Positions 1-13,839 of a stretch of 64,000 nucleotides of DNA are shown in pieces. The DNA is from Felis catus (Eukaryota): assembly GCF_018350175.1 (NCBI RefSeq), contig NC_058373.1, positions 115,446,001 to 115,510,000 of the forward strand, given 5' to 3'. Positions within the stretch are counted from its first letter, which is position 1. Every line of letters begins with the position of its first letter. The notes below the pieces were generated by a model, which was not told the origin of the DNA, made no database searches, and saw nothing but the letters and a program-made list of their open reading frames with translations. The position numbers were made by a program, and so were the translations under genes.

Positions 1-1685
1 TGGGTAGGCCTGTAGCCAGACAACCGGTCTTGGGGACGACTACAGCGTTTGGTACACACACAAGAGCCGAAACCATTCCACGGTTTTCTGCCTTTCTCAC
101 CCGGGCCATCGGATCTGTCTTCCGTGTAAACCCTCTCTGCTTCCCCAGTCAATGTGTATTTTATTACTGTCCATCCTTGATTCCAGTTATGCCCTTGATC
201 CCCAGAGGCACTTTTTTCACATGTTAATGTCTTTGCAGTTGGCACCCATTCTGTCATTGAGGTCTACGTTTAAAGTAGTGGGGCTGTTTAAATTGCTGCT
301 ACCTTTTTAGAACTGATGGGGACCAAGAACGGGGCCATATGATAATTCAAGCATTTATTCAACTCATCAGATGCCTACATTATGCTAGATGCTTAGGAGA
401 TAGAAATAACCAGCATGCAATCCCTTGCCTTAGGAAGGAAGGTCACAGTCTTGAGGGGGAGAGAAGGGCTCCTAATTTAAGGAGCCAGGGTGTATGGAGG
501 ATCAGAGGAGAGAAGGTGGGGAGTCGGGGACCACTTGGCGGAGAAGGTGCATCGTGAAGAGGGTGGGAATACAAAGGGGCTAGGAGGCGGTGGGGATGGT
601 TTGGGGAATGGTATTCTGGACCACTGACTAGTCGGAGCAGACAAATGTTGAGAATCATGAAATCCTGTGAGGCGTTTGCCGGCTTCAAAGGGTTTGCTGT
701 GGTTCCAGTGGAGGGCACTTGTGGAGACATGGGTGTAAAATGAGGTCGCAGGGATAGGCAGGGGGCAGATCTTGGGGGACCTTGAGCTCCACACAAATGA
801 GCTTAATCTCCATCCTGAATCCAATGGCAAATCACCGAGTGGTTTTCAGCCGGGGGGATGATGCCCTGATTTGTGTAGAGGAGCTCCGTGTTGGGAAACG
901 GATGGGAAAGAGGATGGCGGGGTGGGGTGGGAGGAAATGGACAGAGTGACGGCTGTTGGAAGAGAGAGAAAAGTCACCCTGAATGAAGCAAAAGCCTCAT
1001 TTTTATTTACTATTCCTAGACAGGGTGGGCCTGATTATGGAGGCTTGAGGTGGATCGCCCAGTGTTACAGCGGGGCCTCTAGAACCTGCAGGTGGAAGTG
1101 GCTTTGTTCTTACCTTAACCCCGTCATCTAGCGGGCAACTGCTAGTGACGTGCCACCCGATCAGTAGGCAGGCTGACTATATGAACGAACGGATGCTGGG
1201 AAAAGCTAGAAAAAGAAGAAGAGCTCACTACCTGTCGATGCCTGTTAAAGAAGAGTCCTTATCAGCCTGCAGCGGTGAATTTCCAACTTGCACTTGCCAA
1301 ATTAGCTCACCAGCCAGAATTGTTTACGAGTGGATGGGGCTGTATGCCAGTGCTCAGGGGGGAGAATGTGCAGGTCTTGGTGAGAACCATCACAGGGAGG
1401 ACGAAGTGGGTATATCTGGGTATGAGATAGGCTATTCATCATTCAAAGTCACGAGAAAGAAATAGGTAGGTTGTGTGGTTGTGCCTGGGAATTACACAGA
1501 AGACGCATAATCCATGTTGTTGGCCGACTGACCCACCCGCAATAGACAGTGGGGACAGAGGCTGGGTGAGAGGAGGAAAGAGCTCCTCTGCCACGGTGGC
1601 AACGCCTTGGAAGGGGTGGGAGATGACTGCTGATATGGCGACGCCAGACTTACGGTTCTCTTCCCCTCCCCGCTTCCCCGAACAG

Positions 1686-1785
1686 GTGCAGTGCCATACT
1701 TACACAGGGTACTGCTGGTGTGTCACCCCAGATGGGAAGCCCATCAGTGGCTCTTCTGTGCAGAATAAAACTCCTGTATGTTCAG
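1686..1785 (+). CDS. SMOC1: SMOC1 exon 4 (100 bp), C-terminal half of thyroglobulin type-1 domain 1: VQCHTYTGYCWCVTPDGKPISGSSVQNKTPVCS(G)
   Basis: Polypyrimidine tract and aacag acceptor, gtacc donor. QC..CWCV thyroglobulin-1 motif. Peptide matches recalled SMOC1. Confidence 0.97.
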
Positions 1786-2291
1786 GTACCGTAGGGAGGG
1801 GCGGGAAGAAAGAAAAGAGCTGGAGAGAGACCCTTAGCTGGTCTCCTGCCTCTCGCGGGGGAACCTTTGAAAACTGGTTGAAAGACGGGTGGTGGTTAGG
1901 AGCCCTCTTCCAGGTCAGGGAGGATTCCATTCGAACACGCTGCTCTGCAGTCAGCTGGATGATGGGGTCCGTATAGGCCCATGTGTATGTATTTCTTTAT
2001 TTTGAGTTTAGGTTTCTGGTCCAGTGCTCTCTTCCCAAGCATCGGCTGTGACCCCTCGAGAATGGCATATAAATTTTTAGCTTGGGTGCTCTGCTTGCTG
2101 GTGGCCTCAGGAGCACTTTATCGAGGTAGATTTTAAGACCGTATGGGAGTTCAGCATCAGAGGCTGAATGATCAACTGGTGATGTCTGTCACGGGCACAC
2201 GAGAGGAGAGTGGTGGCATGATGCCATATATTTGTCCCTCCCCCCGCCCCCTCCGACAAATGTAATGTAGAGTAACGGAAAACTTTCATGA

Positions 2292-2466
2292 CAGTGGCCC
2301 TCAATTCTGGCTGTCATCGGCAGTGCCTGGGGAATTAAAGAGCCCAGGTGTCGAGGCTCCTCCCCGTATAGTCTGATCCAGTAGGTCTGGAATGAGACCT
2401 GGAGTCCACATGTTCGCGAAGCTTCTCAGGTGGTTTTGGTGACTAGACAAGCTAGGGAATCATTGC
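2292..2466. mobile_element. MER5A-like hAT-Charlie DNA transposon relic
   Basis: cagtggccctcaa...gggaatcattg termini resemble degenerate TIRs. Internal similarity to the recalled MER5A consensus. Confidence 0.5.
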
Positions 2467-3934
2467 TTTCTAGTGACCCATTACATAAGCCCATAGCATA
2501 ATTAAGTTCCTTTCTATTTCAAACTCTATAAGCATAAAAAACATTTTGCTCTCAGGTCAGCCTCGTGGGATTGTGCGTTTTGGATTTATATAAGCTCCAC
2601 ACTTTCCACTTCCATTCAGATAGTAGGGGACTTGGGAGTCACTCCCTTAATTCACTATGTGGCTCAGTTCTCATTCAAGAAAGCCTGTCCAGCCACAAGC
2701 TGCTTCATATTTCTTCATATCTCTGTGTATAAGGTTTTATTTATTTACTTATTTTTAATTTTTAAGTGCAAGCAAATTATAAAACATTTTTCTAAAACCT
2801 ATGGGAAACTCCAAGGGTTAGCAGTCCTGCCATCCTAACGTTTTTCTGTTTTCATAAAACGTATTCATTTTTCTCCTGGCCCTGCTATGTAAAGGGAGCG
2901 GTGAGAAAGGGCAGTGAGCATCTACATTAGGAAACCAAGATTTGCAGGCCAAAATGGAAAGTTTACTTTATTTGTGGTTTACATGGAAACTGGAAACCTT
3001 AATTGGGGTTGGTGTGGGGCAGGGCAGGAATGAGCCCTCCTTGCAAATGACCTGGAAAGTTTCATTTAAAGCAAACAAATGCACCAGAAACAGGCCACGC
3101 AGGGGAATATAATTGAATTCTCACAAAACTAGTATAGGGAGAAGGGGTATGATATGGAGTGAGAAAATAGGGATTCTTTGTTTCTCCTGGTGGTGGGACC
3201 TCTCTGCATATGCCCTTATGTGGGTGAGCTGCCCCTGCCCTGCATGTTGTGGGTTCCATGAGGAAGACAGGTGCCACAGGGTCAGGACCGCGGGATGGGT
3301 GCACGTGGCATCCTAGCACATGCAGGGCGAAGCGTTCGGCCAAACGCACACACACCACCCCCTCCTCGAGGAATAGGCCGCGTCTAGAAAATTGTTTCCA
3401 TGCCTCAGACTATTTTGGCCCATTCAGTACAATTGGGCCAACAATTTTCTACTTAATGCAGATGGAAAATCGCCGATTTCCTGCCCTAACCGGCAAGGGA
3501 TGTGAATCATTGCATTTGCAGTAAGAGGGGTTTCTTTTCAGTTGGCCCTACTGAGTGGACATGGCTCAGAACATGGAGGTGGTGGGAACTGGGGGAGATG
3601 GGGAGCAAAGGTGAGGGGCAGTTATCGGAACGTTACTCACCAGGGAGTTATGTAGATGTGGAGTTTTATAAAAAATCTGGTCACGGCTGTTGCCTGGAAA
3701 TCATGGTTCACCTCACCGGTACTGTGATATCAGTGACATTGATGTTAAACAAACCCCACTTGACATGTATGTATGTACTAGCTTTGTATATAACGTCCCT
3801 AGACGTGTATACAATGTATGTATATACAGAACCAACCACACGCTCATAACATGAGGCTTTGCCAGCTCTTTGAAAGAAACCAACAACCACAATGCATTCT
3901 GAATGTCTATGTTTTTGTTTCCCTTTCGCCCAAG

Positions 3935-3982
3935 GTTCAGTCACCGACAAGCCCTTGAGCCAGGGTAACTCAGGAAGGAAAG
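3935..3982 (+). CDS. SMOC1: SMOC1 exon 5 (48 bp): GSVTDKPLSQGNSGRK(D)
   Basis: ccctttcgcccaag acceptor and gtgagt donor. Phase 1-1, continues the exon 4 frame. Too short for the ORF track, read directly from sequence. Confidence 0.95.
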
Positions 3983-4867
3983 GTGAGTAGAGTTTTATGC
4001 TCTATCCAAATGTTTGCTTCTAAAGCCAGTCCAAGGAGAGTTCTAGACAAGATGGAAGGAGCCTGGGTGTAAGCTAAAAGTCCCCCACGGAAAACCTCCA
4101 TTCTTATTCTGGGCTTCCTCCTAGAAGCACCGGAGGTAAGTAAGGCTCGTACCGTGGTGGGGACCAAGCTCGCAGACGTTCTGAGGGATGGGAGTGAGTA
4201 CGGCCTACAGAGCTGGCAGGGCCCCTGAGAATCTTGGTTCCTGGGCAGTTCGGTCCATCAGCTACCACGTAGCCGGCATTACGCCAAAAAAGACGATGAA
4301 GGCAGGCATGTCCAAGTCTGCCCTGACCCTCTTGCTTTGGAAAGTCGGTTGAACATTTTTTTCCCTTCCCCGACTCTCCTTAATAATTCATCGTTCCAGC
4401 CCATCTGGATTTTCTTCGCTAAGACTAGCCTGGCTGCACAGGCTTGCCACCTGGGCAGCCGTTGTCTTGGGATTCCCAATCATCCCGTCTTTAAAGCCTG
4501 CATGTGCACATCCGCGTCACCCTGTTGGCCTGTGGTTTTTGTGATGCACGCAGTACGCTTTCCCCAGAACAACATCAAATAGAAAAATGTAAAACACCAC
4601 GACAAGTCAAGAGAGACGCCATGAAAGAGAGGATAAAACTTTATAGTTTAGTGCCCTTAATGGCACGGTGTTCCCGCCTTTTGAACAAAGGGCCTTGCAT
4701 ATTCATTTTGCACTGGGCCCTACAAATTATGTGGCTAACCTCAATTAAGGCATTTGTCTGAGTGCTGTTTAGTGGAGCCGCCAACATGAGGAACAGGTCC
4801 CTGGGATATGCGGACCATAATTTCCAGCGTGGAGGACACTAAGCTCCACCACCGCTTACCTTCAGGA

Positions 4868-4868
<1 letters not shown>

Positions 4869-4908
<40 letters not shown>
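4869..4908. repeat. (CA)20 microsatellite
   Basis: Perfect dinucleotide run. Confidence 0.97.
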
Positions 4909-4909
<1 letters not shown>

Positions 4910-7900
4910 CTTGTAGCTGCATGCAGAACAAGTATCAATTTCACTGTGCGTGCAGGCACTCTAGAACCTCCATTTCGGGCTCTTGGGTAAAATCCAGAGG
5001 GGGGATGATTGCATCGGAATCTGGGCCTCGGGAATTTCATGTTTGTAAATGCCCACGTGGAGAGCCGGGCCTACAGAGGATCAGTGTGAGGTTCCCCGGG
5101 CTTGTCCTGCACGTGCTGTCACGAGGAGACTGAGGCCAGACCCTGGCCCCCCGCCCCGAATCCTTATTCCATGGGGGTGGGAAGAAGAGGCAAGGTCACC
5201 CTGCCCGATTGCGGGAAACGAGAATCTGGACAGCCTGCTGCCCCCCAGTGCAGGTGCTCTGAGAAGTCACGGAAGCGGAGCATAGTGATGCCACTAGAAA
5301 ACGTGGACTAACGGGCCTTCCCGCAAGCAGGAATGAGTAAGTGGGTAGAAAGAAGGGAGCAAATGCCTTTCTAGGTCTCTCCCAGGACAGGGCGAGGTAG
5401 CCGTGTGTGTTGGCGGTTCCCTTTTGGGTGGGAAAGTGGGAGAAGGGCGTGAATCATTCTTCCTGCAAAGACCTGAACTCCCCAACCCTGTGAATGGCAT
5501 GTGCCCGTCTCTAGTTTGCTGGAGTGGGAAAGGGGAGCTGCCTTTAATTTTGCTTGTTGCAACTAGAGACTTCAGGAACATCGCCTCTATCCTGGGGCAT
5601 GAGGTCGTGGTAGTAGAAAAAAACGCTTGGCAATCCTGCAAAACATACCACCCAGATTTTCCCCACCAGAGAGAACTGAGGGCATGAGGCTGCATGAAGC
5701 CCCCACACTGAGAAAGGCAGACGATAGGATTTTAGTTCTTAAACCGCACAGAGAAGTACTTTCCAGGTTGATGTGGCTTTGCACCCAATGGGCAACAAAA
5801 GAAACAGACCTGTGGTCATTGTGGCCTCCTGGTGATCCGGCTGGAAGAGGGCAGGGGACCCTGATTCCTCCAGGGATGGTGCAAGGAATAGGGGTAGAGT
5901 CTGACGCCTCCTCTCAGAGACAAGTTGCTTAGTTTCCAGCATTTTGTTCCCCTACTCCAGATGGGTTCCTGCCTCCCAGATGGCTCTGCGGAGGCTTCCT
6001 CTGTGGTGCAGAAGCCCAGTGGGGGATGCTAGGACTCGCTCGTCTCTGGAGACTTGACTTTTGCCCATAGCCTCTCCTTCCTTCTACTTTGGAGGACCTA
6101 CATAGGTGCTAACCCTCTCCTCTTTGTCTGTCGTAGGCCGTGCAGAGAAAAGCAGGCTCAGGCCACCTGTAGGAAGGGCCACCTGAAGCCACACCTGTCC
6201 AGGAAGCTGGGGTTTGAAGGGGGACAGGGTGCGAGAGGGCATTTGTAATATCCTGTGTCGGCCGCTGAGGTCCCTCTCTCGGCTGCCACTTAAGAATGGA
6301 ATGTGCTCCGAAGGGCAGCAGGTGGGAAGACACAAAGGCCCCTTGTCTGAGCTGGTGCCCACACGTGGGGTCTCCTAGACGGCATCTCCCGGGAGCTGGA
6401 GCTCACAGCCCTGAGGCCTGCTGCAGAGATGCGAGGCCTGGGCCCTTGTGCAGAGTGAGGGGTACAAGCCAGGCCCCGGGTCTGGGTGTGAGAGTGGTAG
6501 GGGGTGGCAGCGGGGAGCGGGGGTTGAGGGGAGAGGCGCAGGCCCAGCCTTTCCTCTCCCGCCCTCTTGCCTTTTGGAGCCCGCTCTGCCGACAGGGCTC
6601 GGAGGGATCGGTTCCCTCTGCCTGGAAGGAATGAAAAGGTGTATTGTGCGAAGAAGGAAGGTCTGGTTGCCAGCCAGGAATTAGTCCTGCGGAGGAGAGG
6701 AGGAGAAGGCCGAGCAGAGGAGGCTGGGGGAGGAGGCTCAGAGAGATAACAGGAGGTAGGGAGGAGGGAGAGAGGCCGGGCGGTAGCGGGTCACAGGCGG
6801 CTGGCCCAGACAGGAGGCCTGGGTTGCTGCGGCTCCTGGGTCCACAGGTGTGAGGCCCGAGGGGAGAAGTGGGGGAAGGAGGGAGGGAGGCGCTGTTATC
6901 TTACCCAGATGCACGTGCTCTGGGAGGGGAGGAGGGTCAGAACTTCAGACTATTTACTTAATCCCTTGGAATGTCCTTTCCTCGCTCTGTTCTTTGGGCC
7001 CCTTGTGTTTCACGGACCCCTTTATGGGCACATGTGTGGTAATTAACACGTGCAGTGTAGGTCCCGGGCCATGTGTTTGAGTTTCAAATATCCATTGATC
7101 TGGGGCACTCCCATCTTGGCTCCCCTCCCCTTCTTCTCCTTTGGTCCTTGCCCTTGAAGAGTGATGCGGTGAGGGGGGGGGGGGCGGTGAGGGGGAGCTG
7201 GGGGGGCACACGTGCCTCCACATGTGTGTTATTGGTGCTTCAGAGGACTATCAGAAGAGGGGAAGAAGGCCGCCCTTGAGCTCTGACAATCTGCTGCTAA
7301 AACAGTTGGAGGCCGCAGAAGCTGAGGTAGAGATAAATTTTTGGTTTCAACCGAAGCAGGTCGAAGGACAGCTGGGCAGAGGCTGGGAGGCAAAATGCGT
7401 TTAGAGATCATGAATTTACCCAGAGCAGATTTTCCCGGCCAACCAAGGCTTGCAGATTTTCCCGAGGTGCCTCTTTCTGGGGTCTTGATGCTAATGAAAG
7501 TGGACGATTTGGGGAGCTTCCAGGATTGCTGAATACGGAGTCAGGGACTGGTCCTGGGCTTGATTGCTTGTGAGGTGCAGGAGGGGAGTTCTCAGCCTCT
7601 AGGGGGTGAGGGCCGGAGAGCATTTGTAAAATTCTTTCTGCCAGTTCTCTGGGAGCTTTCTTCTGTGCACCCAGGACCGCAGAGATCCCGGGCTGGTGCT
7701 TCTGTGCACAGCGAGTGAAAGTTGAGGGCCGTCAGGAGTTTTCTGCAGTTTGAGTATTTCCTACTTGTAAGAGGTCTAGGATTTAGCTGTTTAAGGAAAG
7801 TGAGAGAAAAATGAAAACATTAGCAGGCTCTGCCTGTGTTTTCTGCACAGACTTCTGTACTTGTCAAGCCAGTGTTGGAGAGGGGCAGTACTCCCAAAAC

Positions 7901-9863
7901 CCAACCCACCTTTAAGTTGTGGAGACTTGTTATCCCCCCTGAGCTGCTCCATACTGTGTGCTCTCAGTAAACAGTGAGTCACAGTTATTTGTCGTGGGTC
8001 CCTCTCTGCAGCTCAGTGTTTAGAATCTTTCACGGAGCCTGGTCTACAGGTTGGTGCCGGCTCAGAGGACCTATCGCTGCGGTGGTGGATGAAGCAGAGC
8101 TCTCATTCAGGGCTGAGGGATGTGCTTAGGGCAGGGTCTGGCAGTCCCCAGACAAAGGGGACTGTGTGGCCTCCAGCCTCGGCCCTCCTGTGGTTGGCAC
8201 ACCTAAAGGAGGTTCACCTCGCCGCCCTGAGCCTAGCTGAGGTGTGCGAGGCTGGCTGTCTCAGAACATTCCACAAGCGGAGCATCGTTCCTGCTCAGAT
8301 GACTTTAACCTCTTCCCAGCTACCTCTCTTTTCTCTTCCCCCAGCACTGAAGGAGAGGCTGGGTCAGTAGTCGACCTGTCGGCATTGCCATCAGACGGCA
8401 AAAGTCTGACTGCCCGCCGTCTGGGGCTGGATTTGATTGGAGACGGGCAGCTGCTGACCTCTAGGGGTCGGGCCTCTGCTCACATCAGATTTCCCCAGGG
8501 AGAAGCATTCTCTCTGATAACGGTGCCTGCTGAAACAGAACTGTGCCTCGGCAGCTCCAGGCCTGCGAGAGGCGGTTTTTTGCTCTCTGCATGTGTGTCG
8601 GCCGCTGTTTGCTGGTGTCCCGAGCCGCCCTGACCAAGCCTGGCACCTCCGTGTACCGGCTTTGTGGGGTTCGGTTGCAGAGGGGTGTGCCTGGGTGTGT
8701 TTGAGCGCTCATGCGTGTGCTGTATCTCTTTCCTGCCCCACCCCCCAGTTGGCTCATGGCACTCAATCCCGGCCCTCCGTCTCAGTCCCTATTCTGGGGT
8801 CTCTGAAAGAAAGCTATGTGTGGAGGCTCCTAAACAAAGAGTTTGAATCCCTGCCATATCCCCACTTCCGAGGACCGGAGAGGAAATGGGGTTTAGGCAT
8901 CTGGAAAGGCCTCCTAGTCATAGATCCTTATGAGTCCCTGGTGTTACTAGTAACCTTCGGGGTATCTACTTGGCTTCTTATTCTTTTATTCAGCAGATAT
9001 TTATTGAGAGCTTCCTAAGTGTCAGGCTTGTTGCAGTCACTGAGGACCCAGTGACAAGTAACATGATGAGAGTCCTGGCCTTACCCTGTGGAGCCATTCT
9101 AATGGTTCTTAGCCTCTTCTTACAGAGGTTATCTTCAGATGGAGGTAAAGCCTCCCAGGGAGCACAGACGTCTAGATGCTGGGAAGCTGTCACCTGGGCA
9201 GGGAGGCAAAGCAGGTGACCCCTTCAAGCAGCCCTGGTTGGTAGTTCCCATGGCCAGAGCCTCTCAGGAAAGGCCCTCGGAGGAGGCTGCCTGGGATGAG
9301 CATGGCCCACTCACAAGTTCTTGATCCCTCTGCCTGGTGCCTTTGTGGGACCCCCCCCCCCCGGAGTGCAGGTGAAGGCTCAGAAATTGTCAGCCCATCG
9401 AGACTACACTGCCCTTGACTGAGTGAGTTCAGTTCCAGGCGTGGCCCAGCAACCTGGATAGAGGCAGGGATTTCAGCCAGTGGGTGCAAAGGCCTCAGGA
9501 CCATGTCTGAACCACTTATCGCCAGCTCTGAGCGCCATGGAGCTCCCAGGGGAGGGGCGGCTCTCAGGTCCTCCTCTCCCAATTTTGTGACTGCTGAAAG
9601 AAAACTGAGATTCAAAAGCAGCTTGTTGTAAAGTTTCTACGGAAAGGCAACGGAGCGAGAGGAGGTAAAACAATCTTGAAACGAAAAATTTCGTGGGAGG
9701 GACCATTCTATCTGATTTTTTTTAAACAAAGAGATCTTTAGTGCTTTACTCCCCCATGTCCCGTTATGAATTTCCAACTCATACTTCCCTGTGTTCTTCT
9801 GAACAAATGCTCTGACCTCTCCCCTTTTAGATATGTTTGTTTCATTTCCTATTTTAAAAATGA

Positions 9864-10270
9864 CTTTTTTTTTTTGGAGCGCTTTTAGGTTCGCGGCAAA
9901 ATTAAGAGGAAAGTACACAGATTTCCCATATAGCCCCTGTCCCGATAAAGGCACAGCCTCCCCCATTATCAACATCTGCACCAGAGTGGCACATTTGTTA
10001 CAATTAGTGAATCTTCACTGACACATCATTATCACCCAAAGTCCATAGTTTACATTAGGGGTCACTCTTGGTGTTTTACTTTCTATGGGAATGGACAAAT
10101 GTATAATGACACATATCCACCGTTATAGTATCAGAGTTGCTTCACTCTTCTAAAAATCCTCTGTGCTCTGCCTGTATATGCCTTTTCACCCCCACTCCCC
10201 ACCCCAGGCAACCCCTGATCTTTTTACTGTCTCCATAATTTTGCCTTTTTCAGAATGTCACAAAGTTGAT
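9864..10270 (-). mobile_element. Old L1 (L1MC-like) 3' end
   Basis: T-run followed by ttttaggttcgcggcaaaatt...cccccattatcaacatc...cccaaagtccatagtttacattaggg, typical of an antisense L1MC 3' UTR. Confidence 0.7.
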
Positions 10271-10289
10271 GTCCTAGTACTCTGATGAA

Positions 10290-11850
10290 GACTTATACTG
10301 CTGTAGTAATCAGGACAGTGTGGCCTTGGCCAAGGGATAGACATAGAGATGAATGGAACAGAGCAAAGAACCCAGGCCTGCACTTCTGTGGCCAACTGAC
10401 ATGACTAAGGTGTACAAGTAGTTCCAAGGTAGAAGGCACCACAGTGACTGGACATCCATAGGCAAAAACAGAAAACCCCAAACCTCACAACTTATACAAA
10501 AATTAACTCAAAATGGACCTCGGACCGAAATGTAAAATGTAAAAACTCTTAAAACTTTTAGAAGAAATCACAGCTAGGTGAACCTAGAGCTTTTGTGTCT
10601 TAAGAACAACTAACACATAATCTAAGAAATTGACAAATTGGACCTAATTGGGATTAAGAACTCGCTCTGAAAGATCTTGTTAAGAGAACAAAAAAAAAAA
10701 GTACAGACTGGGAGGAAATACTTACAAACCACATATATGACACAGGACTTCTATTTAGGACATGTAAAGAACTCTCAGAAACTCAACAAAATACACGAAT
10801 AGACATTTCACCAGAGCATCTATGCAGGGGGCAAATAAACACACAAAAAAGATGCTCAACATCATTAACCAAAAAGAAATGCAAAGTAAGATCATGATAC
10901 GGTATCACTGTGCACCTGTTAGAAGAGCTAAAATAAAAAATAGTGGCAGTACCAAAGGCTGTGGTGAGACTGGGTCCTTCATGCATTATTGGTAAGAATG
11001 CAAAATGATACAGCCACTCTGGAAAATACTTTGGAAGTTTCTTTACAAAGTAAAGAACTAAACATCCATTTACCATATAGTTTGGCAATTGCACTCGTGA
11101 GCATTTATTCCAGAGAAAAGAGAACTTGCGCGCACACAAAAACCTGTGCGGGGGCAATCACGGCAGCTTTACCTGTAGTAATCAAAGAGGGAAACAACGC
11201 AGGCATCCTTCAGTGGGTGAAACACAATGGTGCCTGTACGACTCAGCCATAGGAGGAAATACGACTCAGCCATAGGAGGAAATAAACCGTCGGTATGCAC
11301 AACTATGGCTTGGATGGATCTCAAGGGCATTACGCGAAGTGAGAGAAGCTGATTTCCAAAGGTCATATACTGCATGATTCCATTTGGAGAACATTCTAGA
11401 AAGGACAAAATTATAGAGACAGAGAAAGGATTAGTGGTTGCCAGGGGTGAGAGATGGGGTGCACGAAGGGAAGCATGATTATAAAGGGACAGTAGAGGGA
11501 GATCTTGGTGGTGATGAACTCGTTCTGTGTTTTATTGATGGTGGTTACACGAATCTGCACATGGATAAAATTGCATAGAATTATACCCCCCCCCCCCACA
11601 CACACACGTATACACAAATGAGTACGTGTAAAACTGGTGGAGTGTGAATAAGCTCTGTGGATTTCACCAGTATCAATGCCCTGACTCTGATATTGTACAA
11701 TAATGAGGTTACCTATATAATTTCAGGTTACCTATATATTTATGTTAACTATAAATATGTTACCCCTGGGGAAACTGGGTGAAGCGTACTGCGTTATTTC
11801 TGCAGTTTCCTGGGAACCCATCATCATTTCAAAATAAAGAGTTAAAAAAA
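10290..11850 (+). mobile_element. Old L1 (L1MD-like): degraded ORF2 3' end plus 3' UTR
   Basis: gtagtaatcaggacagtgtgg...aaaattaactcaaaatgga...cagccactctggaaaa, ending aaaataaagagttaaaaaaa. Confidence 0.75.
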
Positions 11851-13839
11851 TCAGCACAGTTCTCTTAGTGCACCCAGCTCTGAACTGACTTTGCCCCTGG
11901 TGGCTCCTTCTCCCCCCTCTCCCCCCCTCCACTCCCTCTTCCTTTTTCTCCTCTTCTTCTTCCATGTCTGGTCTATTTTTTCCACCAGCATCATGTTTTT
12001 ACTCTTATTCATGGGAATGTGGAGCTTGAGGACTTAGGGAATTGTTTGCAAAAAGACCACTTTAAGCTTGTTTTTACTTCATTTGGGAGGGAGTGTGCAG
12101 GTGGGTAGATGGAATGCAAAACATTGATCTCTTGCTCTGGAAAGGACCTGAAGGGCCCAGATAACCTCTGTTCTCCAAGGTCAGGATTAGGAAAGCTCAC
12201 AGTACATTTCTGAGCCTTGTGGTCATGGGACATGCATCTTAGGAAATGTTGAGGTTGACTAAAATTCCATCCTCCTCCTGGTATGATTTGGGCCAGTGCC
12301 TTACAGGACTTTCGCAAACAGGCACTGTTGTCTCCCTGTGATGCCCAGATTACATCATTTCAACTTCTACACAAGGTCTCTGAGTCACACACTGAAGGGG
12401 TTGGTGGCTCTGGTGTAAATGCGGTCCCTTCAAAAGCGCGAACCTTCCAGTTCCACCAGGCTGAAGTTTATCTCTGTGTCTTTGGAAAAGATGACCAATG
12501 GCAGCCTAAAAAGAATTCAAGAGGGAGCGTGACCCGTGATGGACATGGTTTGGGCAGAGCCCAAGAATCCAAGGGGGACTTGGGATCACTGAGAGACCTT
12601 CCGAATCTCAGGAGGGGGGTGGTGATTTCTTTTTTCTTCATTCTCCAAGGCTCCTCAGTCTCAGAGACCCCAAGAGATGCCATTAATACAGATTCCTCCT
12701 CTGGCCCCTTTGACACATTTGCTTTTGAAGGACCTGGAAGAGAAAGCTCTTTGTATGTGGTCAGAATAAACTCATTGTACACCCAAACAATTAACTCCTC
12801 AATGGACTTGCCAGCGCCTTGAAAGGCGCGGCCCTGCTTCCCTGGACCTCTTGGGCTCTATTCAATCCCTTAAGCACACCAATGTTTTTGAGTTTTTGTT
12901 TTGTTTTGTTTGTTATTCTGAAAAGTCTTTCGCTGAGAATAGTCAGAGCGGATCAACATTGTCCTCAGCCCGCATTTATCTCCACTTGCCAGCGAGTGTC
13001 AATCAGGAATCAAAAAGCCAAACAGAGGAGGCTTTGAACGGTGTCATCGGGGGTCGAAGTGACTTCCAGCTGTCTGTGCGTGGGCCAGGCCTTCTCGCAG
13101 GGCGAGGAATCGTGCTGTCACACGAACCCACTGTCTGGACAGCCTTGCAGAGCCCGTGTGGGGCTGTAACTCTCTGGGGCCGCACCTCGAGGCCGAGGCA
13201 TGGCTGGGGGTTGAAGAAATTGCCAGGGCCCTGGGGCTGGGCCATTTCCACTGCTGCTCACTCCCTTGGGGCTTGAGCACATCACTTTCTATCCCCAAGA
13301 CTCGGTCTCTTTTTATCTGCCTGGTGGCTTCCTCTGTGCTGGCCAGTGGTGAGAACAGATGAGGAAAACCACCTGCCAAAAACTCGAGTGTTGCAAAATG
13401 TGGTACCATTATTGCTGATCTTGACGTTATCCTTGAGATGTTCTGTCAGGTTTGCCTCATTCATTCATTCATTCATTCGTGTAAGCTTGCCTTGTTTTTT
13501 TAATTGTTCTATTTTTTTACTTTTTTCGTGTTTCCAAACTTACTTTTTTTTTTTTTTCTTTTTTTTGGCCTGGAAGAAAAGTGATAATCTTTGAATTGGC
13601 TTTTTTTTTTTTTTTCCCAGTGTTCTCTCCTCTTCTTCTTGTTCTGGAAGAGTATTGTGGTATTAAAGAGAACTAAAGTCTTACTATTTGAGGTCCAAAA
13701 GAACCACCGACAATGAGCATCAGGCATCACATCGTCCTGTGCATATATGTAAACTGAGATTTCAGATACATTTTTCTTTAAAGTACATGGAAGGTCTCCA
13801 CCCAGATTAAGAATCACTGAAATAACAGCACTACCTCCC

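Noticed and set aside
9864..11850. Opposed L1 pieces as a twin-primed (5'-inverted) single insertion
   Set aside because: Both pieces carry their own 3' ends, apparently from different old subfamilies, so two independent insertions is simpler.
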